A stretch of DNA of 64,000 nt from a bacterium (lineage in GTDB: Bacteria; Patescibacteriota; Microgenomatia; Daviesbacterales; UBA10151), in the NCBI GenBank assembly GCA_021790255.1, contig JAJYIE010000002.1, positions 413 to 64,412 on the forward strand, given 5' to 3'. Position numbers and translations under genes: made by a program. This document shows positions 21,352-31,228 of the stretch, in pieces; the first letter of the stretch is position 1; each line of letters starts with the position of its first letter. The notes under the pieces are model-generated. The model searched no databases, was not told where the DNA came from, and saw nothing but the letters and a program-made list of their open reading frames with translations.

Positions 21352-22383
21352 ATGGCTGCCAAGTTAGTTACAGGTTTGGATATCGGAACTTTCTCCATCA
21401 AAGCAGTGGTGTTATCCCACGGAGGCAAGCAGCCACACCTTGTTTCCTTCGGAGCAGTTTCCGCTCCCCAACCAGGCCTCGCTTCCGAGGGGAAAGCTGA
21501 CCTGGAAGCTGAAGCTGAGGCTATCAAGGGGCTGCTTGATTCTATTAAAGCTCCCTCCTCTTCAGTGGTAGTAGCACTGCCGGAATCAAAGATTTTTACC
21601 CGGGTGATCAGCGACATTCCATATATGACGGATGAGGAGCTGGCATCGGCTATCCGCTATTCGGCGGAAGAGTTTGTTCCTCTGCCGGTAGACCAGGTTA
21701 ACCTGTATTGGCAAACCGTGGCCCGCTCTAAGGAACAAAACAGCACCCTGGTCTTTGTAGTGGCTACTCCCAAGGTGATCACAGAAAAGTATATGGATGT
21801 GCTGCAGATGGCTAAACTAAAGCCCCTGGCTTTGGAAACGGAATTGATTGCTGCCACCAGGGCTTTGGTGGGCAATAATCCGTATGCTCCCACCACTCTG
21901 ATTGTGCAAATCGGGGCAAGCTCAACAGATTTTGCCGTGGTTTCAAAGGGGATGATGTTTTTAACCCGTTCAATTGCTACCGGCGGCATGGCTTTGACCA
22001 GGGCGCTGGCTCAATACCTGAACTTTGAACAGCCACAGGCGGAGGAATATAAAAAGGTTTATGGTTTGGCTGAAGACCAGCTGGGAGGCAAAATTTACCA
22101 GGCGCTAAAGCCTTTGACGGAGGTTTTAGTTTCAGAAGCCAGAAGGGTAATTCAGGCTTTTCAAGTCAAAAACCCTCAAAATCCTATCAAGCGGGTAGTG
22201 CTGGCGGGAGGTGGGGCAAACATGCCCGGCGTAGTGGTCTATTTTGCCAATAGCTTGGGTCTGGAAATCCAGGAAGCGGATCCATGGTATTTTGTGGATA
22301 AAGACCCGGCCATTGCCCAGCGCCTGCAGGCAGAGGCCATGAATTATACAATTGCTGTAGGGTTGGCAATGCGGGAAGGTTGA
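21352..22383 (+). CDS. pilM: Type IV pilus assembly protein PilM (actin-like ATPase fold)
   Basis: GLDIGTFSIKAVV N-terminus and an FtsA/PilM-like fold. Confidence 0.85.
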   Translation: MAAKLVTGLDIGTFSIKAVVLSHGGKQPHLVSFGAVSAPQPGLASEGKADLEAEAEAIKGLLDSIKAPSSSVVVALPESKIFTRVISDIPYMTDEELASAIRYSAEEFVPLPVDQVNLYWQTVARSKEQNSTLVFVVATPKVITEKYMDVLQMAKLKPLALETELIAATRALVGNNPYAPTTLIVQIGASSTDFAVVSKGMMFLTRSIATGGMALTRALAQYLNFEQPQAEEYKKVYGLAEDQLGGKIYQALKPLTEVLVSEARRVIQAFQVKNPQNPIKRVVLAGGGANMPGVVVYFANSLGLEIQEADPWYFVDKDPAIAQRLQAEAMNYTIAVGLAMREG

Positions 22384-22402
22384 GTCTCACCCTAAGCTTA
22401 AA

Positions 22403-22960
22403 ATGGCTAATTCAATTGCAATTAATTTATTACCCAAAGAAGTGCTGACGGCCCGCAGCCGCAGCGTTAAAGTCACACTGGCTTACAAAATCAGTATCGT
22501 TTTGCTGATTATTTTGGCCATTGTCACCTCAACCATTCTCTCGGTTCGTTTCAGCCAGAAAATCCGCCTGCAGCAAGCTCAGGACCAGACAAAAAATCTG
22601 GAGAATAAAATTTCAGCATTGAATCAGAGGGAACAACAACTGATAACTATTAAACAAAAATTGGCTAGTATTGCTCAGCTTACTGGTGGCGACAAAGCGG
22701 AAAAAGAACTGTTTGACAAGATGGTTTCTCTGGTACCCCCGGAGATGACTATTACCGAGGCAATGGTGGATCCTAAGGGAACAATGGAAATAAGCGCCAC
22801 TACCACTTCGTTGCCGGCAATAGATACTTTTATTAAGGCTATTGAAATCCAGATGAAGACTTCAAATATGATCCAGAAACTAGAACTGGAATCTTTGTCA
22901 CTTGACCCGAGCGGTGATTTTAAGATGCTGTTTAAAATCTTACCGCCGGGAACAGCCTGA
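22403..22960 (+). CDS. pilN: Type IV pilus assembly protein PilN
   Basis: The INLLP motif at the N-terminus followed by a single TM helix. Confidence 0.8.
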   Translation: MANSIAINLLPKEVLTARSRSVKVTLAYKISIVLLIILAIVTSTILSVRFSQKIRLQQAQDQTKNLENKISALNQREQQLITIKQKLASIAQLTGGDKAEKELFDKMVSLVPPEMTITEAMVDPKGTMEISATTTSLPAIDTFIKAIEIQMKTSNMIQKLELESLSLDPSGDFKMLFKILPPGTA

Positions 22961-22973
22961 ACAAAAGAAAAAT

Positions 22974-23762
22974 ATGGATACGCTGAAAATTTTTTTTGGT
23001 GATCAGAAAACCGTATTCTGGTCAGTTTGCACGGCAGCGACGGCATTGGTTGTAATATACTTTGTCATTATTCCGCAAGCGCATGCTTTCATAGACGTTG
23101 GGCAGCAGCTTAAGCAGCTGCAGGGCCGCTCCCAAGCCTTAAACACTAAACTGGCTGCCTTACAGGCAGAAGATGAGAATGCGGATAAAGAAAATCTGCA
23201 GGTTGCTTTAACTATTTTGCCGACAGAAGAAAAGGTAACTGAAGCTCTGATCACGGTTCAAGACTTGCTGGCTAAAAGCGGTATGGCTTTATATACGGCA
23301 AACTACACAACCCAGAGAACAAAAGTCGGCAGCGGATTTACCCTAAGTGTTGTGGCCAAAGGTGACATGAATGGGGTACGCAGTTTTCTATCCAGTTTAG
23401 ACAGTGCCCCACGAATTTTCCGTGTTAATTCAATAGACGTCCGGTCAGATCTGAGTAACCATGGGGTGATGGACGCAGAGATACCGCTGAGCGTTTTTTA
23501 TGAACCATTGTCGGGTGCCATATCCACAGGCAATTTGGATAAGCCGCTTCCCCAGCTGAGCGCCCAGGATAAACAGCTACTGGAGAAACTTACAGGTGTT
23601 CTTGCCCAGTTTCCGGAGAGCGCCAGCGGCTCGGCTGTCGAAGTTGGGAAAGATAACCCTTTTGAGTCAAGTCAGCCTCAGCCAACCGCAGCTCCTACCC
23701 CTCAGCCCACTCCCCTTGAAGTTGCTCCGACCTCGACTCCGAGCGCCTCATTGCAGGGTTGA
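22974..23762 (+). CDS. pilO: Type IV pilus assembly protein PilO-like with C-terminal Pro/Thr-rich tail
   Basis: Single N-terminal TM helix, coiled coil, then a PilO-like domain. The tail is PQPTAAPTPQPTPLEVAPTSTPS. Confidence 0.6.
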   Translation: MDTLKIFFGDQKTVFWSVCTAATALVVIYFVIIPQAHAFIDVGQQLKQLQGRSQALNTKLAALQAEDENADKENLQVALTILPTEEKVTEALITVQDLLAKSGMALYTANYTTQRTKVGSGFTLSVVAKGDMNGVRSFLSSLDSAPRIFRVNSIDVRSDLSNHGVMDAEIPLSVFYEPLSGAISTGNLDKPLPQLSAQDKQLLEKLTGVLAQFPESASGSAVEVGKDNPFESSQPQPTAAPTPQPTPLEVAPTSTPSASLQG

Positions 23763-23774
23763 TTTTGTGTAAAC

Positions 23775-24467
23775 TCACTTTTTAAGAAGTTCTGGCCGCA
23801 CATTCTGGGTCTTAACCAGGGATTGCTCCCGCCGCCATTTATCTATTTCCTGATGATTGCCGGATAAAAGCATGCCCGGAACTGCTGTTTTTTCAAAAAC
23901 TGCCGGGCGGGTGTATTGAGGATACTCCAGGAGCCCTTCCGAGAAACTTTCCTCCACAGTTGCATCATCTTTTTTTAAAACGCCAGGAACAAGTCTGACA
24001 ACGGCATCGGCAACCATCATTGCTGGCAATTCCCCTCCGCTTAAAACAAAATCACCAACGCAGATTTCTTCCGAAACATATTTATCAATAAACCGCTGGT
24101 CCACCCCCTCGTAATGGCCGCATACAATAATCAGATGTTTTTTTCGGGAAATTTTTCGGGCGGTGTCCTGATTAAACGGTTTGCCTGAGGCAGACATTAA
24201 AACGGTGTAAGGCTTGGAAGATGTGGATGTGCGGTGTAAACTCGCTGCCGACTTCCACGCTTTGGCTAAAATATCTGCCCTAAGAAGCATGCCGGGCCCT
24301 CCGCCGAAAGGCCGGCCGTCTACCACCTGATGTACTCCCTTGCCGTAAGTCCGGATGTCAACCAGTTGATAGTTGACCAGCCCCTTTTTGGCGGCCCGGG
24401 CGGGAATGGAAGTGGATAAAAACGGCGTAAAGAGATTAGGAAACAGGGTCAAAATGGTAATGTCCAT
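23775..24467 (-). CDS. trmD: tRNA (guanine37-N1)-methyltransferase
   Basis: SPOUT-fold motifs: MDITILTLFP, GRPFGGGPGM, VCGHYEGVDQR. Confidence 0.9.
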   Translation of the reverse strand: MDITILTLFPNLFTPFLSTSIPARAAKKGLVNYQLVDIRTYGKGVHQVVDGRPFGGGPGMLLRADILAKAWKSAASLHRTSTSSKPYTVLMSASGKPFNQDTARKISRKKHLIIVCGHYEGVDQRFIDKYVSEEICVGDFVLSGGELPAMMVADAVVRLVPGVLKKDDATVEESFSEGLLEYPQYTRPAVFEKTAVPGMLLSGNHQEIDKWRREQSLVKTQNVRPELLKK

Positions 24468-24477
24468 TGCCGCTTCC

Positions 24478-24723
24478 CTATTTTACAGCTTCCTGCAGAT
24501 TAAGGTTAACCCGAAGATTGCGGTTTTCAGCAATGGCCCGGGCGACCAGCAGTCTTCTGATGGCCCTGATTGTCTGCCCGGATTTGCCGATAACAATCCC
24601 CATATCTTCTGGGGCTACTGACAGCAGGATATTTATGGTATCGTCGGTTTCTTCTTCATGGATGACTACCTCATCTGGTTTGCTGGCTAAACCTTTAACA
24701 ATGTATTCCAGTAAATCTTTCAT
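24478..24723 (-). CDS. KH-domain RNA-binding protein (UPF0109/YlqC-like)
   Basis: [15 protein letters not shown] motif. Sits in the conserved position between rpsP and trmD. Confidence 0.75.
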   Translation of the reverse strand: MKDLLEYIVKGLASKPDEVVIHEEETDDTINILLSVAPEDMGIVIGKSGQTIRAIRRLLVARAIAENRNLRVNLNLQEAVK

Positions 24724-25160
24724 GATTCGGTCGGCTGATTGGCAGGCTCGTCCGTTGTTTGTTCAGCAGATTCCGGTGCTGTCTGGATGTTTTCCTCAGG
24801 AGCTTTTTCGGTTTTCTCCTCCGGCTCGACGGTTGCTTTATCAGCTGCTTCTGCTACCTGAGGAGATGCGACCGGCGTTTCCTCTTTAGTTTCTTTAGCT
24901 TTGCGCGGTTTGCGTGCAGGGTGTTGGGGAGCCTTGCCAATAGCTCTCAGATATCCTTCGGAAGGTACTGCCCCCTGCTTGGTCCAATACTCAATCCGGT
25001 CTTTTTTTAGAATAACTTCTTTTGGTTCGGTTAAGGGGTTGTAAGTTCCCAGAAGCTCCAGGTAATCCCCGGTACGCTTTTTGCGCTCGTCAACAGCCAC
25101 CACCCTGTAAAAGGGGCGTTTCTTGGCACCTATTCGCATTAAACGAATTTTTACTGGCAT
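24720..25160 (-). CDS. rpsP: 30S ribosomal protein S16 with about 65-aa acidic, low-complexity C-terminal extension
   Basis: N-terminus is [24 protein letters not shown]. The tail is rich in E/K/P/T/A. Confidence 0.9.
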   Translation of the reverse strand: MPVKIRLMRIGAKKRPFYRVVAVDERKKRTGDYLELLGTYNPLTEPKEVILKKDRIEYWTKQGAVPSEGYLRAIGKAPQHPARKPRKAKETKEETPVASPQVAEAADKATVEPEEKTEKAPEENIQTAPESAEQTTDEPANQPTES

Positions 25161-25219
25161 AAGTCGCAGCTTTTCAGCCTGAAGGAAAGTATAACCGATC
25201 TAGGTGGCGATGACAAGTG

Positions 25220-25480
25220 CTAGCTGGTGACTGGGTAAATTTTAGTTAAAAGCTCCCCTATTCTTCCGCTATATAACGCTAAGCTGTGATGTGCGGCGAT
25301 TTGTCTATTTACTTCCCAGTGGCTGGCATTCTTGTCCGATTTTTTTATAACTCTTGTTTCACATGATTTATTTGTGTAAACGAATCCGCATTTAGTGTAC
25401 CAATATCTCTCAAAATGCTCCTGGTTGAACATCCTCTGATCAACTTCCATCCCCCGCAATTCTTGAGTGCAGAAAGCCAT
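25220..25480 (-). CDS. Hypothetical small protein (86 aa)
   Basis: ORF only. No recognisable motifs. Lies in a 450-nt spacer between rpsP and rnc. Confidence 0.2.
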   Translation of the reverse strand: MAFCTQELRGMEVDQRMFNQEHFERYWYTKCGFVYTNKSCETRVIKKSDKNASHWEVNRQIAAHHSLALYSGRIGELLTKIYPVTS

Positions 25481-25610
25481 AATAATCTCCCGATTTCTGA
25501 TTGCACCTGTAAAAGAAATCCTACGATCTTTTGTTGTTATTCTGTGAATGAAATTATATGCTTTTATAGGATAAATTGCAACTATGGGGTATTGTGAAAA
25601 ACGGAAAGTC

Positions 25611-26312
25611 TTAAGCAGATTTATTTAACTCCAACAAGGCTTTGGTGGCGGCTTCTTCTTCTGCCTGCTGTTTGCTTAAGCCCTGCCCCTCCCCGACTTG
25701 TCTTTCCTGGATAAAAACTCCGACCACAAAATGCTTGGCGTGATCCGGACCGCTGGTAGACAAAATCCGGTAGCGGGGAGAAACCTGAAAACGGCTTTGT
25801 ACAACCTCCTGCAGTTGTGATTTGGGATCCCGCGGAGCGCCTTTTTTAACCTCTTCTTCAAAAAGCGGCAGAAGGGTCTGGTGGATAAACCGGGAAACAG
25901 CGTCAATCCCTAAGTCCAGAAAAAGCGCCCCCAGCACAGCCTCATAAGTGTTAGCCATGATCTGAGGATTTTCCCGGCCACCTGATAACTCCTCGCCCTT
26001 GGACAGCCGAAGGAATTTCCCCAGTTGCAGTTTACCTGCCGCTTTAGCCAGGCTCTCTGTTTTCACAATAAAAGCCCGCAAATTGGTCAGTTCTCCTTCC
26101 TGATCCATGGTCCTGGTTTGGTAGAGAAAAGATGAAACAACGAAAGAGAGCACAGAGTCGCCTAAAAATTCCAGCCGCTCGTTAGATGCTGTTGCATCGT
26201 TGGATTCGTTAAGATATGAACGGTGAGTAAAGGCTAATGTGTAATATTTAAGCTCACGCGGAACAACCCCCAACTCCTCTAAAATTTTTCCAAAACCTTC
26301 TCCGCTTGTCAT
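25611..26312 (-). CDS. rnc: Ribonuclease III
   Basis: ERLEFLGDSVL catalytic signature and a C-terminal dsRBD. Confidence 0.9.
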   Translation of the reverse strand: MTSGEGFGKILEELGVVPRELKYYTLAFTHRSYLNESNDATASNERLEFLGDSVLSFVVSSFLYQTRTMDQEGELTNLRAFIVKTESLAKAAGKLQLGKFLRLSKGEELSGGRENPQIMANTYEAVLGALFLDLGIDAVSRFIHQTLLPLFEEEVKKGAPRDPKSQLQEVVQSRFQVSPRYRILSTSGPDHAKHFVVGVFIQERQVGEGQGLSKQQAEEEAATKALLELNKSA

Positions 26313-26338
26313 ATACCCTATGGGGAAAACGCCACCTC

Positions 26339-26575
26339 TTATTCCAGAGATTTATCCTCGATCAACTCGATTAAATCACCAACTGTTTTAACTTGTCCCA
26401 GTTCCTGTTGCTCAAAGATTATATTAAATTTTTGCGACAGGTGTTCGAACAAATCAGCCATTTCCACGGGGTTTAATCCCATATCATCCTGCAAATGAGC
26501 TTCAGGATCGATATCAGCAACCGGCAGGGTTAAGGCCTCAGCAATTGCTTCAATGATTTGTTTTTCGTTTGCCAT
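26339..26575 (-). CDS. Acyl carrier protein homolog lacking the conserved Ser (DMGLNPVEM in place of DLGxDSLD)
   Basis: 78 aa with an ACP-like four-helix pattern. The position of the phosphopantetheine Ser is occupied by Pro. Immediately upstream of rnc, as acpA is in Firmicutes. Confidence 0.6.
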   Translation of the reverse strand: MANEKQIIEAIAEALTLPVADIDPEAHLQDDMGLNPVEMADLFEHLSQKFNIIFEQQELGQVKTVGDLIELIEDKSLE

Positions 26576-26588
26576 TTCTACTCCTTTC

Positions 26589-26957
26589 TTAATTTGCTAT
26601 TTTGTGGGCGGCAATCAGGTTGCCCAAGACTGCGTTAACGAATCCCGGGGAAGACTGCGCGCCAAACTCTTTGGCCAGCTCCACTGCTTCATCAACCACC
26701 ACCTTAAAGGGCTGGTCTTTTTCTATTATTAACTCAAAAGCTGCCAAGCGCAAGATACTTAAATCAATCCTGTTGACTTGTTTTATAGGCCATTCCGGCG
26801 CAGCTTGACTGATTTCCCGATCCAGTTGCGGCAACTGCTCGATAATTTGCCGGGTGAGCACTTCTTTGGGCTGGTTGCTCTCAGAAAACTCCCAGGCAAA
26901 CAACTCCCGTAAAATTTTAATACGCCTGATATGACGGGGATCATGAGAAGTTTTCAT
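26589..26957 (-). CDS. nusB: Transcription antitermination factor NusB-like
   Basis: N-terminus RHIRRIKILRELFAWEF and a NusB-like helical length of 122 aa. Confidence 0.65.
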   Translation of the reverse strand: MKTSHDPRHIRRIKILRELFAWEFSESNQPKEVLTRQIIEQLPQLDREISQAAPEWPIKQVNRIDLSILRLAAFELIIEKDQPFKVVVDEAVELAKEFGAQSSPGFVNAVLGNLIAAHKIAN

Positions 26958-26997
26958 CCGGGCTCCTTTTTAATCCTAAGCCGGAATTTTCCTTAAA

Positions 26998-27198
26998 TCA
27001 AGCCTTAACTACTTTTACTTCAGTATTTTCTTTTACCTGTTTGCCGGCAAAATAGCCGCAACTTCGGCAAACCTGGTGCGAGAGAGTTGGTTTGCCGCAA
27101 TGAGGGCATTTGACCAGATTGACCCCTGCCAGCGAAATTGCTGCCCGGCGAACCCGCTTTCTGGTCTTACTGTGTTTTCTTTTTGGTTCCTGAGCCAT
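26998..27198 (-). CDS. rpmF: 50S ribosomal protein L32
   Basis: Zinc-ribbon CPHCG...CRSCG, 66 aa. Confidence 0.85.
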   Translation of the reverse strand: MAQEPKRKHSKTRKRVRRAAISLAGVNLVKCPHCGKPTLSHQVCRSCGYFAGKQVKENTEVKVVKA

Positions 27199-27233
27199 AC
27201 AAATATTTATTGCTGCTAGTGCTCTTGGTGCAA

Positions 27234-29336
27234 TTAATCCGGAAAAACTTCCTTCCCACCAGAGGTTAATTTTGCCGCAAGTTGGGGATGTTTGTCAAGG
27301 TTTGGATCTTTTTTAAGAATTTTGCTCGCGCTGTCCCGGGTCTTTTCGATTAAGCTAAGGTCAGACAATGAGGCTATCTTTAAATTCCACTCTCCGCTTT
27401 GCCTGAGGCCAAAAACCTCTCCTGAGCCGCGTATCTGCATGTCCAACTCCGCCAGCTTTAAACCGTTATGGATTTTTTCTAAATTTTTAAGGCGTTTGAC
27501 GGTAAACGGGTTCTCCTGCCCTGTAAAGAGGAAAGTGTATGATTGAACTTTTCCCCGGCCGACTCGGCCGCGCAACTGATGCAGTTGGGCCAGGCCGAAG
27601 CGTTCAGCCCCCTCCACTACCATAATGCTGGCACTCTGAACATCAACACCGACCTCCACCACCGAGGTGGACACCAGAATATCAATTTTCTGGTTTTTGA
27701 ATTTGGTAATTACCTCCTCTTTTTCTTTCGACTTCATCCGGCCGTGCAGCAGTCCCAGCCGAAACTGTGGAAAAACCTCCTTTTTTAACCGTTCGTATTC
27801 TACGGTGGCAGCTTTTACTGATGCCAGAGTTTCTGACTGTTCAATGAGCGGTGTAATAATGTAGACCTGCTCGCCGTTTCTAACGTGTTTGGCAATAAAT
27901 TTATAAGCATCTTCCCTTTTGCGTTGCGGTACAAAATAAGTGCGGACTGTTTGCCGCCCCCGGGGCAGCTCGTCGATGACTGATATGTCCAGGTCTCCGT
28001 ACAAAGTTAGGGCAACGGTTCGCGGGATTGGGGTGGCGGTCATAGTCAGAAAATGAGGGGACTTGGCGCGGGTGCGAAGGATACTGCGATGCTCCACTCC
28101 GAACCGTTGCTGCTCGTCAACCACCACCAGACCAACTTTATCCAGCTGAAGCTTTTGTGAAAGCAGAGCATGGGTGCCGATGATTATGTCGGGTTTGGTT
28201 ATGGGTTGTGAATTGTGGCTGCTGGTTTTTTTCTGCTTACCGGCCACTGTTTTTTGTAAACTCTTCCTGCTGCCGGTGTAAATGCCCACGCTTAGACCAT
28301 AAGGCTCAAGTAGTTTGGTAAAAGTGGCAAGATGTTGGAAAGCTAAAATTTCCGTGGGAGCCATAATTATTGTGCGCAGGCCGTTTAAGGAAACCAGGTA
28401 AGAGAGCGCTGCGGCCACAACCGTTTTTCCTGACCCTACCTCACCTTGCAGCAGGCGGTTCATCGGATGTGGTTTCTGCAAATCATCCGTGATTTCCCGG
28501 ATGACCCGCTCCTGGGCCCCGGTCAGCTCAAACGGCAGTTTATCGATAAATGAAGCAAGTTTGTTTTGGTCTACCTTCAGGGCGCGGAAAACTTTTTTAT
28601 CCTGCCATGCCCGGCGTCTTTTTTGGACTGAAACCTGGATAAAAAATAATTCATCAAAGGCCAGGCGGTCACGGGCTTTTTGGGCCTCTTCCAGGGTTTT
28701 TGGGAAGTGAATTTGCTGCAGGGCATCCGGGAGCGGCAGCAAATTCCCACGGACTTCTTCAGGCAGCGGATCAATGACAGTCGGCAGCATTTCCGGCAAA
28801 ATTTGGGCAATCATCCGCCGCAGCCACTTGGAAGTTAAACCGGCCGTTTCCGGATAAATCGGCACCAGCCGACCGGTATGCAGATTGGCTGCAGAGTCAG
28901 GAATGTCGATCTCCATAGCTTTTTTCTCCCACTGCGGCGCGACCAGGCTGGTCTTTGAGCCATAGCGTGTAACTTTACCTGAAACCTGCAACCTGTCCCC
29001 GGTTTTGATGCTTTTTGTTAGCCACGGTTGGTTAAACCAGACCAGCTCGATGGTGCCGGTGCTGTCATTTAAAATGGCCCGGGTTATGACTTTATGAAAA
29101 CGGGTGTAGCTGTTTTTAATAGACCAGACCTCACCCAAAAAAGTGACACTCTCCCCTACTTTAACCTGGGAAATAGCCAAACTTTGCGAAAAATCATCGT
29201 AACGAAAAGGAAAGTGGTAAAGCAGGTCTTCAATATCAAAAAGCTCCAGCAGCTTCAGGCGGTAGGATAAAGATGGGCCTATCTTGGGTAACGTTGCAAG
29301 GAGTGTATGTAGTTCCACATGCAAATTATACCGCAT
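27234..29336 (-). CDS. recG: ATP-dependent DNA helicase RecG
   Basis: Wedge-domain N-terminus and SF2 helicase motifs GEVGSGKT, DEQQRFG, QLRGRVGRG. Confidence 0.9.
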   Translation of the reverse strand: MRYNLHVELHTLLATLPKIGPSLSYRLKLLELFDIEDLLYHFPFRYDDFSQSLAISQVKVGESVTFLGEVWSIKNSYTRFHKVITRAILNDSTGTIELVWFNQPWLTKSIKTGDRLQVSGKVTRYGSKTSLVAPQWEKKAMEIDIPDSAANLHTGRLVPIYPETAGLTSKWLRRMIAQILPEMLPTVIDPLPEEVRGNLLPLPDALQQIHFPKTLEEAQKARDRLAFDELFFIQVSVQKRRRAWQDKKVFRALKVDQNKLASFIDKLPFELTGAQERVIREITDDLQKPHPMNRLLQGEVGSGKTVVAAALSYLVSLNGLRTIIMAPTEILAFQHLATFTKLLEPYGLSVGIYTGSRKSLQKTVAGKQKKTSSHNSQPITKPDIIIGTHALLSQKLQLDKVGLVVVDEQQRFGVEHRSILRTRAKSPHFLTMTATPIPRTVALTLYGDLDISVIDELPRGRQTVRTYFVPQRKREDAYKFIAKHVRNGEQVYIITPLIEQSETLASVKAATVEYERLKKEVFPQFRLGLLHGRMKSKEKEEVITKFKNQKIDILVSTSVVEVGVDVQSASIMVVEGAERFGLAQLHQLRGRVGRGKVQSYTFLFTGQENPFTVKRLKNLEKIHNGLKLAELDMQIRGSGEVFGLRQSGEWNLKIASLSDLSLIEKTRDSASKILKKDPNLDKHPQLAAKLTSGGKEVFPD

Positions 29337-29894
29337 GGCAATTTCTTACAAAGACCTTACTGGTCTTTTACCCTTCTTAGAAGATAAGAGTGGTAAATTC
29401 TTCACGTCGAAAGATAGACGAGCTAGCTTCTTATGGTTGAAGATATTGTTGAAAGAATTTCTTTGGAGCAGGAAAAAATGCGCATTTCACGGGTGGTTGA
29501 TTGCCTGCAGCAAAGAAAAGAAAAAAATTCTGTGGCGGCAAAGAGCTGCCTTTTTTAGATGGAAGCATTGGTTTTCTGCAGCAGCGGGAGTGCCTGATTG
29601 ATCAACGATTAGGTGATGAACTTTTTCCTTCCCCTCAGACTAAACCGGAGCTGTTTCTGCCGCAAATGCCTCCTGCTTCATCTCCTGCGGAAAGAGAAAA
29701 TGTTCCTCCTGCATAAAAAGTAGCCGCTGGGCCGGAAGTAACACTTCCCCGGGCGGAGGTTGCAGGAGAAGATAAAGATGGGGAAAAAGCAGCAGAAAAA
29801 GTGAGGTCGGGTGAGCAGAGCCGCTCAGGTAGTGGACGGAGAAGTACCCTTGAGGCGGCGGGAACAACTGTAGGAACATGAAACGGCTAAAAAG

Positions 29895-30557
29895 ATGCTG
29901 AAAGAGGTGCAAGAGGCGCTCGCGGAAGCAAAAAAGAAAACCGGTGAAACTCAGGCAGCCATAGCAGAGCTGGCGCGTCTCCGGGGGGTGTTAGCCCGGG
30001 AGAAGGGGGAGTTCAGACAGCTGAATGATGATGTAAACGTTAAACTGGAGGGTCTGGAACAGCTTGAAGATACATTCCAGATGCAGGAAGCACGGCTTCG
30101 CCGGGAAGAACGGATATTGGAAGGTGAACTTTTATTGTCTCCCGTAGCCAGGGATCTGATGGCGGAAGCAGGGTTCATGGAAGCGCCGGGCAGCGAAGCC
30201 TTTTTTAAGGAGGACCAGCAGGCGGTTTTAAAAGAAGAAGTGGTTCGACAGCCGGTTCAGCACCGCGGCCGGGAAAGAATCTTTAGCCCCTTGCGGGAAG
30301 GATGGCGGTCAAGGTGGAGCAGAAACAAAGATAATGTGGCTGAAGGAGAAGTAATGGTTCTTCCCTGGAGGGAAAGGATTCAGGAAAGATGGACTTCAGT
30401 AGAAATGCCGGACGGTAAAGAGATTAAAAACTCGGACTTTCTTCCCCATTTTGTGAAAGCTGACGGGTATTATGAAAACGGCGATGTGGTGGGTCGGCAG
30501 GCCGTCTATTATCTGCCCAGTGACCTATATCAGTTCTTCCAAAAATCTCACCTGTGA
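29895..30557 (+). CDS. Hypothetical coiled-coil protein (220 aa)
   Basis: ORF with heptad-like N-terminal half. Upstream 550 nt carry two shorter overlapping ORFs in other frames and an A7 tract, so this may be the distal part of a disrupted gene. Confidence 0.35.
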   Translation: MLKEVQEALAEAKKKTGETQAAIAELARLRGVLAREKGEFRQLNDDVNVKLEGLEQLEDTFQMQEARLRREERILEGELLLSPVARDLMAEAGFMEAPGSEAFFKEDQQAVLKEEVVRQPVQHRGRERIFSPLREGWRSRWSRNKDNVAEGEVMVLPWRERIQERWTSVEMPDGKEIKNSDFLPHFVKADGYYENGDVVGRQAVYYLPSDLYQFFQKSHL

Positions 30558-30725
30558 AGCAATTTTCCTAAAAAGCCTGAAGCAAAGGAAGCAGAGAGAA
30601 AATGATGATGGCTACTCCGGCGATGGCGGAAAGAATTATAAAAAAAACCCGGAATTTCTTAGAGTACATCATACGGAAGTATTTTAGCTCTTGCCGAACA
30701 AAAATGGTAGTAGTATGCTGGCTTC

Positions 30726-31001
30726 ATGAGCGGAGTTGAGCGTGGCAACTATTACGACCCCTGGAAAAGTGCTGTTTTAAAAGAAGCGGATAAGATTATT
30801 GAGCAGGCAAATAAACATTCAAGAAACCCCCGGAGGCTTTCTTCTTTGCTGGAATTAAGCGAAAAACTACCGGATCAGTTAGCGGAAACTACCGGCAGGC
30901 TTCCCTATGTCGGCAAGCTTGGCGAGCCGCAAAGGCGTTTTTGGACCGTTGTGGGAGTTATTTACGTCGCTTCTGTAGCTGCAGCTATTTTTACGGTGTA
31001 G
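30726..31001 (+). CDS. Hypothetical small protein with C-terminal TM segment
   Basis: ORF only. Confidence 0.25.
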   Translation: MSGVERGNYYDPWKSAVLKEADKIIEQANKHSRNPRRLSSLLELSEKLPDQLAETTGRLPYVGKLGEPQRRFWTVVGVIYVASVAAAIFTV

Positions 31002-31228
31002 TACATCATAAACATCAGTGAAGCTTCGCAGGGTTGATAAATAAGACCTGTAGTTATATAATTGCGGATATAGTTAAGTGGGAAAACGAGGGTGAGCCTT
31101 GAAAGACGAATGAATTTGTAGTTGAAGAGAGACGGCGAGCTGTTGAGGCTGCTCAAGAAATAATTGAGAGAAAGCGGCTTGAATCTATACCTTGGCGGGG
31201 AGATTCCGGAACTTTAGCCGTCAAGCAG

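Noticed and set aside
25161-25610. 450-nt spacer after rpsP examined for SRP (4.5S) RNA or another ncRNA, since ffh/ffs often neighbour rpsP
   Set aside because: No domain-IV-like conserved motif or convincing fold was found by eye. Only a doubtful 86-aa ORF lies there.
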